Source: an uncultured Acidobacteriota bacterium (GTDB taxonomy: Bacteria > Acidobacteriota > Terriglobia > Acidiferrales > UBA7541). From it: DNA of 64,000 nucleotides. The position numbers and the translations under genes are program-made. Below the pieces are notes generated by a model. The model worked only from the letters and a program-made list of their open reading frames with translations. It was not told where the DNA came from and searched no databases. The DNA lies in the NCBI GenBank assembly GCA_963697645.1, contig CAVOOU010000028.1, positions 149,340 to 213,339 of the forward strand, given 5' to 3'. Below are positions 36,499-45,995 of this stretch, one piece after another. Position 1 is the stretch's first letter. Each line of letters begins with the position of its first letter.

Positions 36499-37891
36499 CT
36501 ACCGCGCATGAATCGTCATGCGAATGCCATTCTTCGGGCGCAGCGTAACGAGCGGCTCCGGCGCCACCGTCGTACCCGGCACCAATTCAAAACGAAACCG
36601 CTGCGCCAGCGCACCAATCACGAGCGCCGATTCAAGCAGCGCGAATCCCTGCCCGATGCAGCGCCGAGGCCCGTCGCCAAACGGAAAATATGCGCCGGCA
36701 GGCAGCCGGTCGGCCAGCCCATCGAGCCAGCGCTCCGGGCGAAATGAATCCGGATCGTCGAAATAACGCGCATCGCGGTGCATCACCCACTGCGAAACCA
36801 TCATCGTGGAGCCCGCCGGGAAATCGTAGCCGCCGAAGCTCGAGGGCGCGATCGACGTACGCGCCATGATGTAAGCCGGCGGATACATTCGCAGCACTTC
36901 GCTGATCACCGCGCTTCAAATAGGGCAGGCGTTCGAGATCGGCCACGCCCGGAGCGCGTTCTCCGAGAACGCCTCTGAGTTCTTCGTGCAGCCGCGCTTC
37001 AGCGGCGGGATTCTGGCTGAGCAGATACCATGTCCAGGAAAGTGTGAGCGCCGTGGTCTCGTGGCCGGCAAGGAAAAGCGTCATCGTCTCGTCGCGCAAT
37101 TGCCGCGGCGTCATTTGCGTGCCGTCTTCGTCCATCGCACCCATCAACATCGAGAGCAGATCGCTGTGGCGATGCCCGTTTCCCTGCGCTTTGCGTTCCT
37201 CGATGATTCGATACACGAGCGAATCGAGAAAACCGAATTCCTTCGTGGCGCGCCGGTTTTTCGGCGTGGGCCAGCCGGCCGGAATTCGAAAAGGCGAACG
37301 CGCGCGGCGCAGCGAATAGCGCATCAAGAAAGTCATCGCGCGGCCCACCTGTTGAGCCTCGCCCGGAAGCGTGGTGCCGAAAAGGGTGCGCACGGCGGCC
37401 TCGAGCGTCAGCTCCATCATTTCTTCCGCCATGTTGCGCGTATCGCCGTCGCGCCAGTCGCGCGCTTTCATCTCCGCGCACTCGAGCATCGTGGGCGCGT
37501 ATTCGTTGATTCGCTGGCGATGAAACGCGGGCTGCGCGAGCCGCCGCTGACGCCGCCAGAAATCTCCTTCGCTGATCAGCAGACCTTGTCCCAGCAGTCG
37601 CTCGGTGGTTTCCTTCGTCAGCGTGCTCTTGTGAAATTTGCTCTGCTGGAAAAGCAGCAATTGTTGGATGTAATCCGGATGATTCAACAGGATGCGGCTT
37701 TGCAGGATCACCGGGATGCGGACGATGTCGCCGTACTCGCGCGTCACGCGGCGCATCAATTCCAGCGGATCTTGCAGCAGATTGAATGACACGCCTACCA
37801 ACGGCAGGCCTTTCGGTCCCGGCGGCAGGCGATTTCCATTTGCGCTCATGCGTTTGAGTTCTTGCGTCTGCGTCGATCCGTTTGCGTTCAT
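36499..37891 (-). CDS. cytochrome P450; 1-nt insertion near 36913
   Basis: Haem-binding FGDGPRRCIGQGFA. ORFs 36632-37891 and 36499-36909 join at ..LERLPYLK|AVISEVLRMYPP... Confidence 0.85.
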
Positions 37892-38082
37892 GATGATGGT
37901 CTGCGCTGGTTAGATGCGGCCAACGTTAGAACGCACGTTGGCCTTCATCACTACTTCATGCCCAGCGAACGACTAGTTTACGTCAGCTAGCCGTTTCTCA
38001 CCCGTAAGATGCGAGCGGGGCACGCCGCTTTGTGGGTTTCCGCCAGATTGGGTAAGATGAAACGTCCACGCCGCGTGCGGGT

Positions 38083-39258
38083 GTGCGGGGGTTGTCCTTG
38101 TCCTTGGAATACGAACAGCCCGATTGGCTCGAGCAAATGGCCGGCATTCTCGAAACATTGAACGAGGGTGTGCTCATCGTCGACGACTGCGAGCATGTAA
38201 TCTTCGTCAATTCGGTCTTCGAGGAAATGACAGGTGTACCTCGCGAAGAAATTCTGGGCAACGACCCTCTGCTCGTCTATTACGGGCCAGACGAAGTAGC
38301 CTACATTCGCGAGCGGCGCCGGGAAGTTCAATCGCTGGGCCGGATACGCCACGAGTTCTTTCTTCCCACGAAAGATGGTTCGAAGCTTCCTGTGGTTTCC
38401 AGTGCGCGAACCATGGAAGATCCCGATGGCCGCACTTTCACCATCATCAGCTTCACCGATATTTCCGAGCAAAAGAACGCCGAAGAGCAGCTGCGCGCCG
38501 CAAATAAACTCCTCGAAGAGCGGCAAAGGGAGATCGAAGAGGACCTGACGCTCGCGGCTCGCGTGCAGCAAAGCCTCGCGCCGAAATCGCTCACGTGGGG
38601 CAGCCTCGAAGTAGAAGCTTTCTATCATCCGGTGCGTACGATTGGCGGCGACTTCGGGCTCGTCAGCACGCTCGATACCGATCACTTGAATCTTCTCGTC
38701 TGCGACGTTTCCGGCCACGGCATCGGCTCCGCGCTCGTCGCCAACCGCATCTATTCCGAGACGATTTCGCATCTGCGCCGCGACATTCCGCTTGGCGACA
38801 TGCTGACACAGCTCAATCGCTTCGTGATGAGCAATCTGGGCAGCTCAGTTTTCTTTTTCACCATAGCCGCGGCGCGAGTGGAACGCAACGCGCGACGAAT
38901 GGTATTTGCAGGCGCCGGTCATCCTCCCGCGATGATCGTGCAGCCGGGCGAAGAGCCTCGCCTCCTTGAATCGCGCAGCATGGTGCTCGGGGCGTTACCA
39001 AATGCCGTGGATGGTAACGCCACTCTCGATGTGGACCTGCTGCCTGGCGATCGCATCGTGCTTTATACCGACGGCATCACCGACGTCTTCGATTCGAATG
39101 GCGAAATGCTGGGCGTCGAAGGGGTGCAGAAATTCGTCCGCGAGGCGGCTCTGCTGCCTTTCAAGCACATGAAGCAGGGAATTCTGGATCGCGTGGCGGC
39201 GTGGCGCGAAGGACCAGCGTCGGACGACGTTTCGCTCGTGCTCGTTGATGTGCACTGA
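38083..39258 (+). CDS. PAS sensor fused to a PP2C/SpoIIE-type serine phosphatase (RsbU-like)
   Basis: PAS-like LNEGVLIVDD..FEEMTGVPREEILG. Coiled linker. PP2C motifs GGDFGLV, VCDVSGHGIGSA, YTDGITDV. The start may be at 38083 or the ATG at 38137. Confidence 0.85.
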   Translation: MRGLSLSLEYEQPDWLEQMAGILETLNEGVLIVDDCEHVIFVNSVFEEMTGVPREEILGNDPLLVYYGPDEVAYIRERRREVQSLGRIRHEFFLPTKDGSKLPVVSSARTMEDPDGRTFTIISFTDISEQKNAEEQLRAANKLLEERQREIEEDLTLAARVQQSLAPKSLTWGSLEVEAFYHPVRTIGGDFGLVSTLDTDHLNLLVCDVSGHGIGSALVANRIYSETISHLRRDIPLGDMLTQLNRFVMSNLGSSVFFFTIAAARVERNARRMVFAGAGHPPAMIVQPGEEPRLLESRSMVLGALPNAVDGNATLDVDLLPGDRIVLYTDGITDVFDSNGEMLGVEGVQKFVREAALLPFKHMKQGILDRVAAWREGPASDDVSLVLVDVH

Positions 39259-39313
39259 AGCGCAACTCTTGAATCACTACGTTCATGAAATAGTTGACGA
39301 TGCGACCAGCATC

Positions 39314-39350
39314 ATCATCCTGAGGGAACGTCGTGACCGAAGGATCTCTC
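39314..39350 (+). repeat. GTCATCC-family element, short (core) form
   Basis: ATCATCCTGAGGGAACGTCGTGACCGAAGGATCTCTC. Confidence 0.6.
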
Positions 39351-39383
39351 CCCGCCGCTTCATGAGATAACCTCCTTTCATCC

Positions 39384-39833
39384 ATGGCACACCTCGAATT
39401 CTCCCGGGATTTTTCCGTCGCGCCCAACGAAGTCTTCGTTTTCTTCGTTCCGCAGCGCATGCCGCTCTGGTACGGCACGGAGATGAATTCTCATTTCGAG
39501 GTGCAGGGCGGCGCTTCCGATTTCGCGGTGGGCCAAAAAGTACAAATCACCGGCAGACTCGGCAAGCGTGAAGTCTCTCTGACGGTGGTAATCACAGCCT
39601 ATCGTTGGGAAAAGCTGCTCGAATGGCAATTTCAGGATTCTTACGGCGTGCGAGGATTGCAGCGCTGGGAACTCGAAAGCACGCCGTCCGGAACGCGCTT
39701 ACACATGCGCGACTCGTACCAAATGCCCGGCCTATCCGGCCGACTCATCGATGCGGCCTTCACGCGTTTCGCGGTCGCGCAACGCGATCGCGCGTGGCTC
39801 GACCGCCTCCAGCGCCTAGCCGAGCGCCGCTAA
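39384..39833 (+). CDS. SRPBCC-superfamily (START/polyketide-cyclase-like) protein
   Basis: 149 aa. The length and pattern (FSVAPNEVFVFF.., ..WEL..GTRL..) are typical of SRPBCC proteins. Confidence 0.65.
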   Translation: MAHLEFSRDFSVAPNEVFVFFVPQRMPLWYGTEMNSHFEVQGGASDFAVGQKVQITGRLGKREVSLTVVITAYRWEKLLEWQFQDSYGVRGLQRWELESTPSGTRLHMRDSYQMPGLSGRLIDAAFTRFAVAQRDRAWLDRLQRLAERR

Positions 39834-39907
39834 ATCGAATCGCCCGATCAGCAGAAAATCGCCCCAGACATCGCAGCCAGCTCATGCCGAAGCTGCCATT
39901 CCGTAAC

Positions 39908-39930
39908 GCCGGCGTCCCGCCGGCTCTTTT
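39908..39930 (+). terminator. hairpin plus T-tract
   Basis: GCCGGCG-TCC-CGCCGGC-TCTTTT. The GCCGGCTYTTTTGACTTTTTCT segment recurs at about 61003. Confidence 0.55.
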
Positions 39931-39983
39931 GACTTTTTCTTTGACGTTAACGACGCCAAAGCGATAAAGCTAAGCCGAAGCAA

Positions 39984-41216
39984 CTACTTCACCACCACAT
40001 AAAACGGCGGCTTTTTCCCGATGCGGACGAGAAATTTACTCGCGGGCGAAAGATCGATCTCATGAGCCACGTCGCTTATCGACTTCCCGTCAATTTCCAC
40101 AGCGCCCTGTTTGATCAAGCGGTCCGCTTCCGCTCGCGACGCCACGCCCCCATCGCGCTGAAGAATCTTTGCCAACTTAATTCTGCCCTCCGCAGCTACC
40201 TGATGCTCGCGGATTTCCGAAGGCAGCTTCCGCTCGCTGAACACGCGCTGGAATTCATCCTTCGCTTTTCGCGCCGCATCCTCGCCGTGAAAACCCGCAA
40301 CGATCGTATGCGCGAGCTGCATCTTCGCCTCTTTCGGATGCAGCACGCCCGTCCGCACCTCTTCCCTCAATCGCACGATCACGGGCGAACCAAAATCCGT
40401 CAGCAACTCGTAGTAAGTCCACATCTGCTCGTCTGAAATCGACATCAGCTTGCCGAACATCTCGCCCGGCGCTTCCGTGATGCCCACATAATTCCCCAGG
40501 CTCTTTGACATCTTGCGCTCGCCATCGAGCCCCACGAGAATCGGCATCGTCAGCACCACTTCGCCCGCCAGGCCGTATTCGCGCTGGATGTCGCGGTGCA
40601 CCAGCAAATTAAATTTCTGCTCGGTCGCGCCCAGTTCGATGTCGGATTTCAGCGCCACCGCGTCGTAAGCAGTCAAAAGCGGATAGAGCAGTTCATGCAC
40701 GGAAATCGGCAAATTCTTATCGAGCCGCGAACGAAAATCCTCGCGCTCCAGCATCCGCGCCAGCCGGTATTTCCCGCAGAGCTGCACGATCTCGAACGGA
40801 GAAAGCTTCCCGAGCCACTCGCTGTTGTAGCGAACCTCCGTTTTCTCGCGGTCGAGAATCTTGTACACCTGCTCCAGATACGTTTGCGCATTCGCGTCCA
40901 CCTGCTCGCGCGAAAGTGGCGGGCGAGTTTCCGATTGACCTGTGGGGTCGCCAATCATCGCTGAAAAATCGCCGATCAGGAAAATCGCGGTGTGGCCCAT
41001 GTCCTGAAACTGTTTCAGCTTTCGCAGCACCACGGTGTGGCCGAGGTGAATATCCGGCGCGGTGGGGTCCACGCCCAGGTACACGCGCAGCGGCTTATGC
41101 TCTTTCGCGGATTTCTCGAGCTTCGCCTTCAGCTCGTCCTCGCGAATAATTTCCGCCACACCCTTGCGCAGGTACGCGAGTTGCTCGTCCACCGGCTTGA
41201 ACTTCGCTTCCGCCAC
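39984..41216 (-). CDS. tyrS: tyrosine--tRNA ligase
   Basis: HIGH-type motif (DIHLGH), KMSKS, C-terminal S4 domain. The GTG start overlaps the purN stop (TAGTG). Confidence 0.95.
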   Translation of the reverse strand: MAEAKFKPVDEQLAYLRKGVAEIIREDELKAKLEKSAKEHKPLRVYLGVDPTAPDIHLGHTVVLRKLKQFQDMGHTAIFLIGDFSAMIGDPTGQSETRPPLSREQVDANAQTYLEQVYKILDREKTEVRYNSEWLGKLSPFEIVQLCGKYRLARMLEREDFRSRLDKNLPISVHELLYPLLTAYDAVALKSDIELGATEQKFNLLVHRDIQREYGLAGEVVLTMPILVGLDGERKMSKSLGNYVGITEAPGEMFGKLMSISDEQMWTYYELLTDFGSPVIVRLREEVRTGVLHPKEAKMQLAHTIVAGFHGEDAARKAKDEFQRVFSERKLPSEIREHQVAAEGRIKLAKILQRDGGVASRAEADRLIKQGAVEIDGKSISDVAHEIDLSPASKFLVRIGKKPPFYVVVK

Positions 41217-41851
41217 TATTTTTTCTCCGCACTCGCCGCTAGATTTGTGAGTAGCACGCGCCGCCCTTCCATTCGATAGCGCCCTTCGAGAACGATGCGC
41301 ACCGCTTCCGTATAAATTCGATGCTCTTCCTTCAGCACGCGCTCGGAGAGCGTCTCCGGCGTATCGTCATCGCGAATCGGCACAGCCGCCTGCAGAATAA
41401 TCGGCCCGGCGTCGAGATTCTCATCCACAAAATGAACCGTGCATCCCGAAAATTTCGCGCCGTGCTCGATCGCCTGCCGCTGCGATTCGAGCCCCGGAAA
41501 CGCCGGCAAGAGCGAAGGATGAATATTCAGGATGCGCCCGCGATATGCCGCCACAAACGCCGGACTGAGCAGCCGCATGTAACCCGCGAGGCAGACGAGA
41601 TCAATTTTCTTCTCTTCGAGCGCCGCAATCACCAGCTTGTCGTACGCCTCGCGCTCGAGCCCTCGCGACGGAATCACCTGCGCCGGAATCCCTCGCGCCC
41701 GCGCTTTTTCAATCCCCGGCGCATTCTCGCGATTGCTGATGACGATCGCGATTTCCGCATTGGGAATGCGTCCGGCGGCAACGCTATCCGCCAGCGCCTC
41801 AAAATTCGAGCCACGCCCCGAGAGCAGCACTCCGATGCGTTTCTTCGTCAC
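41216..41851 (-). CDS. purN: phosphoribosylglycinamide formyltransferase
   Basis: IGVLLSGRGSNFEAL.., NIHPSLLPAF, and a conserved Asp region. Confidence 0.9.
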   Translation of the reverse strand: MTKKRIGVLLSGRGSNFEALADSVAAGRIPNAEIAIVISNRENAPGIEKARARGIPAQVIPSRGLEREAYDKLVIAALEEKKIDLVCLAGYMRLLSPAFVAAYRGRILNIHPSLLPAFPGLESQRQAIEHGAKFSGCTVHFVDENLDAGPIILQAAVPIRDDDTPETLSERVLKEEHRIYTEAVRIVLEGRYRMEGRRVLLTNLAASAEKK

Positions 41852-41980
41852 CGCAGGAAATTAGCATAGTTCGCCAAGCCCACAAAATCGCCAGTCAGAA
41901 CCAACCCCCGATGATTCCTTGACACATCCATGTCCAAGAGGCATCTTGTCCGCAACATTCGACGCCTAGGAGGCATTCGC

Positions 41981-42480
41981 ATGTCGCAATTTCGTTCCTG
42001 TTTCTACTTCTCGCAGCGCTTTTCGCCATGAGCATCACCATCGCTTGCGCCGAGCAAACCGCGCAAAAACCCGCGCCGCCGCCCGACACGCGGAAAGCCG
42101 ATGAAGCTGCCATCCGCGCCGCCTCTGCTGATTGGAGCAAAGCTTCGCAGGCCAAAGATCTCGACAAAGCCACGTCGTACTACGCCGATGAAGCCGTCTT
42201 TTTCGTCAACAACGGCGCAATGGTGAAAGGCAAAGACGCGATCAAGATGGCCTGGAAGCCGATGCTCGAAACTCCCGGCCCCGGCCTCACCTTCGAGACA
42301 ACTTACGTCGAAGTCGCGCGCTCCGGCGATCTCGCCTACGAATACGGCACCTACGACCTGAAAACCGAAGCGAAAAAGGGAAAGGTAGCCGACGAGAAAG
42401 GCAAGTACGTGGTCGTCTGGAAGAAACAAGCCAATGGCCAATGGAAAGCCGTAGCGGACATCGACAACATCGGCGAGTGA
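41981..42480 (+). CDS. secreted SnoaL-like/DUF4440 (NTF2-fold) protein; 1-nt deletion near 41994
   Basis: AGGAGG RBS before the ATG at 41981. A signal-peptide-like FLFLLLAALFAMSITIACA follows in the next frame, continuous with ORF 42028-42480. Confidence 0.65.
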
Positions 42481-42513
42481 CTATCCGACTAGGGTTGTTC
42501 TTCCGCTTTTGGT

Positions 42514-42733
42514 GGCACAGGCACTCTTGTTTACTCTGAGATGCGAAGGGCCTGTGCTCTTACGACGGTGAGCCAACCATAAGCTAAATCCCGATCGGCC
42601 TGGCAGTGCGTGCAGGAGAATCGTCATCCTGAGCGAAGTCCCGCGCTTTTTCTTTCCTTTGCCGAAGCGCGAATTGTGCGTCCCGCGTGTGTCTGCGGGG
42701 CGAAGGCGCGGGGCGCAGTCGAAGGATGTCTTC
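42514..42733 (+). repeat. composite repeat: ACAGGCACTCTTGT..CTGTGCTCTTACGA module plus long GTCATCC-family element (42623-42733)
   Basis: The same two-module arrangement is present at 59229-59433. Confidence 0.75.
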
Positions 42734-42739
42734 GCCCTG

Positions 42740-43786
42740 CTACAACCCCAACTCACCCGAATAAGTCACGCGCGACTTGCCTCGCGCCGCCGGCTCAATC
42801 CGCCCAATCAAATAAAATTTCTCGCGCCGCCGCTTCAATTCAGATTCCAGGCGCGCCACAAATTTTGCGGGTACAACTAAAATCATCCCCACGCCCAGAT
42901 TAAACGTCTGCAGCAATTCTTCTCGATCGATCTTTCCCAGCTTCGCGAGGTACTGAAAAATCGGCAACACCGGCCATGACCCTAGCTCGACCACTGCCTG
43001 CACGTTCTTCGGCAGCGCGCGCGGAAGATTCCCCGTGATTCCACCACCGGTGATATGCGCCATGGACGTCACCCATCCGCGCGCCAGCACGCCCTTCAAA
43101 AGCGGCCAGTAAGGACGGTGCGGCTTCAGCAGTTCGGCGCCAATTTTGTTTCCGATTTCCGGCACATACGTATCCGGCGTGAGCTTCGCAACGCCAAACG
43201 CCAGCTTGCGCGCCAGCGAATAGCCGTTCGTATGCAGCCCGCTCGACGGCAACGCGATAAGCAAATCTCCCGGCCGCACCCGCCGGCGATCGAGCTGCTT
43301 CCGCCGTTCCACCGCGCCCACGATGAATCCCGCCAGATCGTATTCGCCGGGAGGATAGAAATCCGGCATCTCCGCCGTTTCGCCGCCGATCAGCGAGCAA
43401 TGCGCTTTCTTCGCGGCGCGGCTCATTCCTTCGATCACCTGCTCCACCACGCGCGCGTCGAGTTTTCCCATCGCCAGGTAATCGAGAAAAAAAAGCGGCT
43501 CGGCGCCCTGCGTCAGAATGTCGTTCACGCAGTGGTTCAGAATATCCGCGCCCACGGTGGAGTGAATCCCAGTAGCAAACGCGATCTTCAGCTTCGTGCC
43601 CACGCCATCCGCGCTCGCCACGAGCACCGGATCGCGCCAGCGCTTGCGGTCAAGCTGGAAAAGTGCGCCGAAGCCGCCAATAGGCGCAAGCACACCACGC
43701 TGAAATGTTTTCTTCGCCATCGCGGCAATTCGCCGTTTGGCTTCGTCGGCAACCGAAATATTCACGCCGGCATCGGCGTAACGCAT
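42740..43786 (-). CDS. purM: phosphoribosylformylglycinamidine cyclo-ligase (AIR synthase)
   Basis: MRYADAGVNI.., GGFGALF, DGVGTK motifs. Confidence 0.95.
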   Translation of the reverse strand: MRYADAGVNISVADEAKRRIAAMAKKTFQRGVLAPIGGFGALFQLDRKRWRDPVLVASADGVGTKLKIAFATGIHSTVGADILNHCVNDILTQGAEPLFFLDYLAMGKLDARVVEQVIEGMSRAAKKAHCSLIGGETAEMPDFYPPGEYDLAGFIVGAVERRKQLDRRRVRPGDLLIALPSSGLHTNGYSLARKLAFGVAKLTPDTYVPEIGNKIGAELLKPHRPYWPLLKGVLARGWVTSMAHITGGGITGNLPRALPKNVQAVVELGSWPVLPIFQYLAKLGKIDREELLQTFNLGVGMILVVPAKFVARLESELKRRREKFYLIGRIEPAARGKSRVTYSGELGL

Positions 43787-43834
43787 GTAGAGGTTCCGTT
43801 TCTGGAAGGGACCGATGGAATCTGAAACCCGTAG

Positions 43835-43876
43835 CTCAGGTCCCGTTCCGGCCAGACTGGCCGGAACTGACCTGAG
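43835..43876 (-). terminator. nested hairpin downstream of lepB
   Basis: CTCAGGTC..GTTCCGGCC-N5-GGCCGGAAC..GACCTGAG. It is preceded by GTAG, like the REP units. Confidence 0.45.
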
Positions 43877-43886
43877 GTCGCGTCAA

Positions 43887-44590
43887 TCAAAATGTATGGA
43901 ACAAACGTCTCCAGCGCACTTCGCGCGGATGGATCAAAGCACTGAAATACGTTTCAAACCGCTCCGCCACGTGCCCCGGCTCCCACACTTCCTCCGGCGC
44001 GTCGATCGACATGTATATGATCTCCGGCGTGCCGATAATATTCGCTCGCGGCACGAAGCCCCAATAGCGGCTGTCGTAAGAATTCTCGCGATTGTCGCCC
44101 ATCATGAAATAGTTGTCCGGCGGGACAGTAAGCGCAGGGCGGTTCTCCATCGGATTCGGCGGCTGATTGCGATACGGCTCATCGAGCGCCTTCCCGTTCA
44201 CATACACCACGCCTTGCTTGATTTCGATCGTGTCGCCCGGCAAGCCAATCGTGCGCTTGATGAAATCCGGATTCCCCGGCAGCGGCGCGCGAAACACGAT
44301 GATCTGCTGCCTCTTCGGATTCCGCCACAGGGCACGTGAAAATCCGTGAACGGAATGCCCATGTCGTAGCCGAAGCGGCTCACGATCAGGTGATCGCCGA
44401 TCAGCACGGTCTGTTCCATCGAGCCGCTGGGAATCACCCGCGCCTGCACGAATCCGCCTTCGATCACCAGGAAGGCGAGAATCACCCAGAACCACGAAAG
44501 CACCTCGCGCCACACACGGTCGCTCACCGTATCCGCGCGCTTCGCCTGAACTTTTTCTACGATGACCGCTTCTCCCACCTCAGCTGCCAC
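43887..44590 (-). CDS. lepB: signal peptidase I; frameshift near 44332
   Basis: SGSMEQT (catalytic Ser), KRTIGLPGD (Lys box), GDNRENSYDSRYWG. ORFs 44198-44590 and 43887-44513 join at ..GIPFTDFHV|ALWRNPKRQQIIVF... Confidence 0.85.
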
Positions 44591-45995
44591 GATGAGCCTC
44601 CACTTCGAGTTGCACCAGCTCCGTTGGGTAGCTGCCGGTGTAGCACGACGTGCAAAATTTTCGTTCCGTATCTTCCACAGCTTCGCGCAACGATTCGAGC
44701 GAAAGATATCCGAGCGAATCGGCGCCCAGAAACTTCCGTATCTCTTCCGTCGATTGGTTCGCTGCGATCAATTCTTCGCGCCGCGGCGTATCCACGCCGT
44801 AATAACAGGGCGAAATCGTCGGCGGACAGCTGATGCGCACATGCACTTCCGTCGCGCCCGCTTCGCGCACCAGCCGCACGATTTTCCGGCTCGTCGTCCC
44901 GCGCACGATCGAATCGTCCACCAGCACCACGCGCTGCCCCTCCAACATTCGACGCACCGGGTTCAATTTAAGCTTCACGCCAAAATCGCGAATGGCCTGC
45001 GATGGCTCGATAAATGTGCGCCCGATGTAGTGGTTGCGAATCAAGCCCATGCGGAACGGGATGCCCGATTCCGCCGCATATCCGATGGCTGCGGGCACGC
45101 CCGAATCCGGCACCGGCGTCACGATATCGGCCGCCACGGGATGTTCGCGCGCCAGCAAACGCCCCAGCCGCTCGCGGCTCTGATTCACCGGCCGCCCAAA
45201 CACCAGGCTGTCCGGCCGCGAAAAATAGACGTGCTCGAAAATGCAGTATTGATGCGGCTTTTCCGGCGCGAATCGAATCGACTCGACACCGCTGCGCGAA
45301 ATCCGCACCATCTCGCCCGGCTCCACTTCGCGCACATATTCCGCGTCGATCAAATCGAACGCGCACGTTTCCGAGCCCACCACCCAGGTGCCGTCGATCC
45401 GGCCCAGGTTCAGCGGCCGGAAACCGCGCGGATCGCGTATCGCGAAAATTTCATCGCGCGTCAGCAGCACCAGCGAGTACGCGCCTTCCACCTGATTCAG
45501 CGCGTCGGCAATCGCGCCCGAAAGATTCCGCGCCGCGCTGCGCGCAATCAGATGAACGATCACTTCCGTGTCGCTCGTCGTCTGAAAAATCGACCCGCGA
45601 TGCTCGAGCCGCCGCCGCACTTCGATCGCGTTCGTCAGGTTGCCATTGTGCGCCAGCGCGATTTTGCCCTTGTTGCAATCGATCACCACCGGCTGCGCGT
45701 TCATCAGCGTCGTGTCGCCGGCGGTGGAATAGCGCGTGTGCCCGATCGCCGCCGCGCCCGGCAGCGACGCAATCACCTGCGGCGTGAAAATCTCCTGCAC
45801 GTGCCCGAGCGCCTTGTGCACGCGCACGTCGGTGCCATCGGTCGAGGCAATGCCTGCCGATTCCTGCCCGCGATGCTGCAGCGCGTAGATTCCGAGATAC
45901 GTCAGCTTCGCCGCTTCGTCATTCCCGAAGACGCCGAACACGCCGCAGTGATCGTGGAACCGATCCTCGTCGAGTTGGATTTCCTTACAATTCAT
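44580..45995 (-). CDS. purF: amidophosphoribosyltransferase
   Basis: N-terminal ..DHCGVFGVFG (Ntn Cys) and the PRTase motif VVLVDDSIVRGTT. Confidence 0.95.
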   Translation of the reverse strand: MNCKEIQLDEDRFHDHCGVFGVFGNDEAAKLTYLGIYALQHRGQESAGIASTDGTDVRVHKALGHVQEIFTPQVIASLPGAAAIGHTRYSTAGDTTLMNAQPVVIDCNKGKIALAHNGNLTNAIEVRRRLEHRGSIFQTTSDTEVIVHLIARSAARNLSGAIADALNQVEGAYSLVLLTRDEIFAIRDPRGFRPLNLGRIDGTWVVGSETCAFDLIDAEYVREVEPGEMVRISRSGVESIRFAPEKPHQYCIFEHVYFSRPDSLVFGRPVNQSRERLGRLLAREHPVAADIVTPVPDSGVPAAIGYAAESGIPFRMGLIRNHYIGRTFIEPSQAIRDFGVKLKLNPVRRMLEGQRVVLVDDSIVRGTTSRKIVRLVREAGATEVHVRISCPPTISPCYYGVDTPRREELIAANQSTEEIRKFLGADSLGYLSLESLREAVEDTERKFCTSCYTGSYPTELVQLEVEAHRGS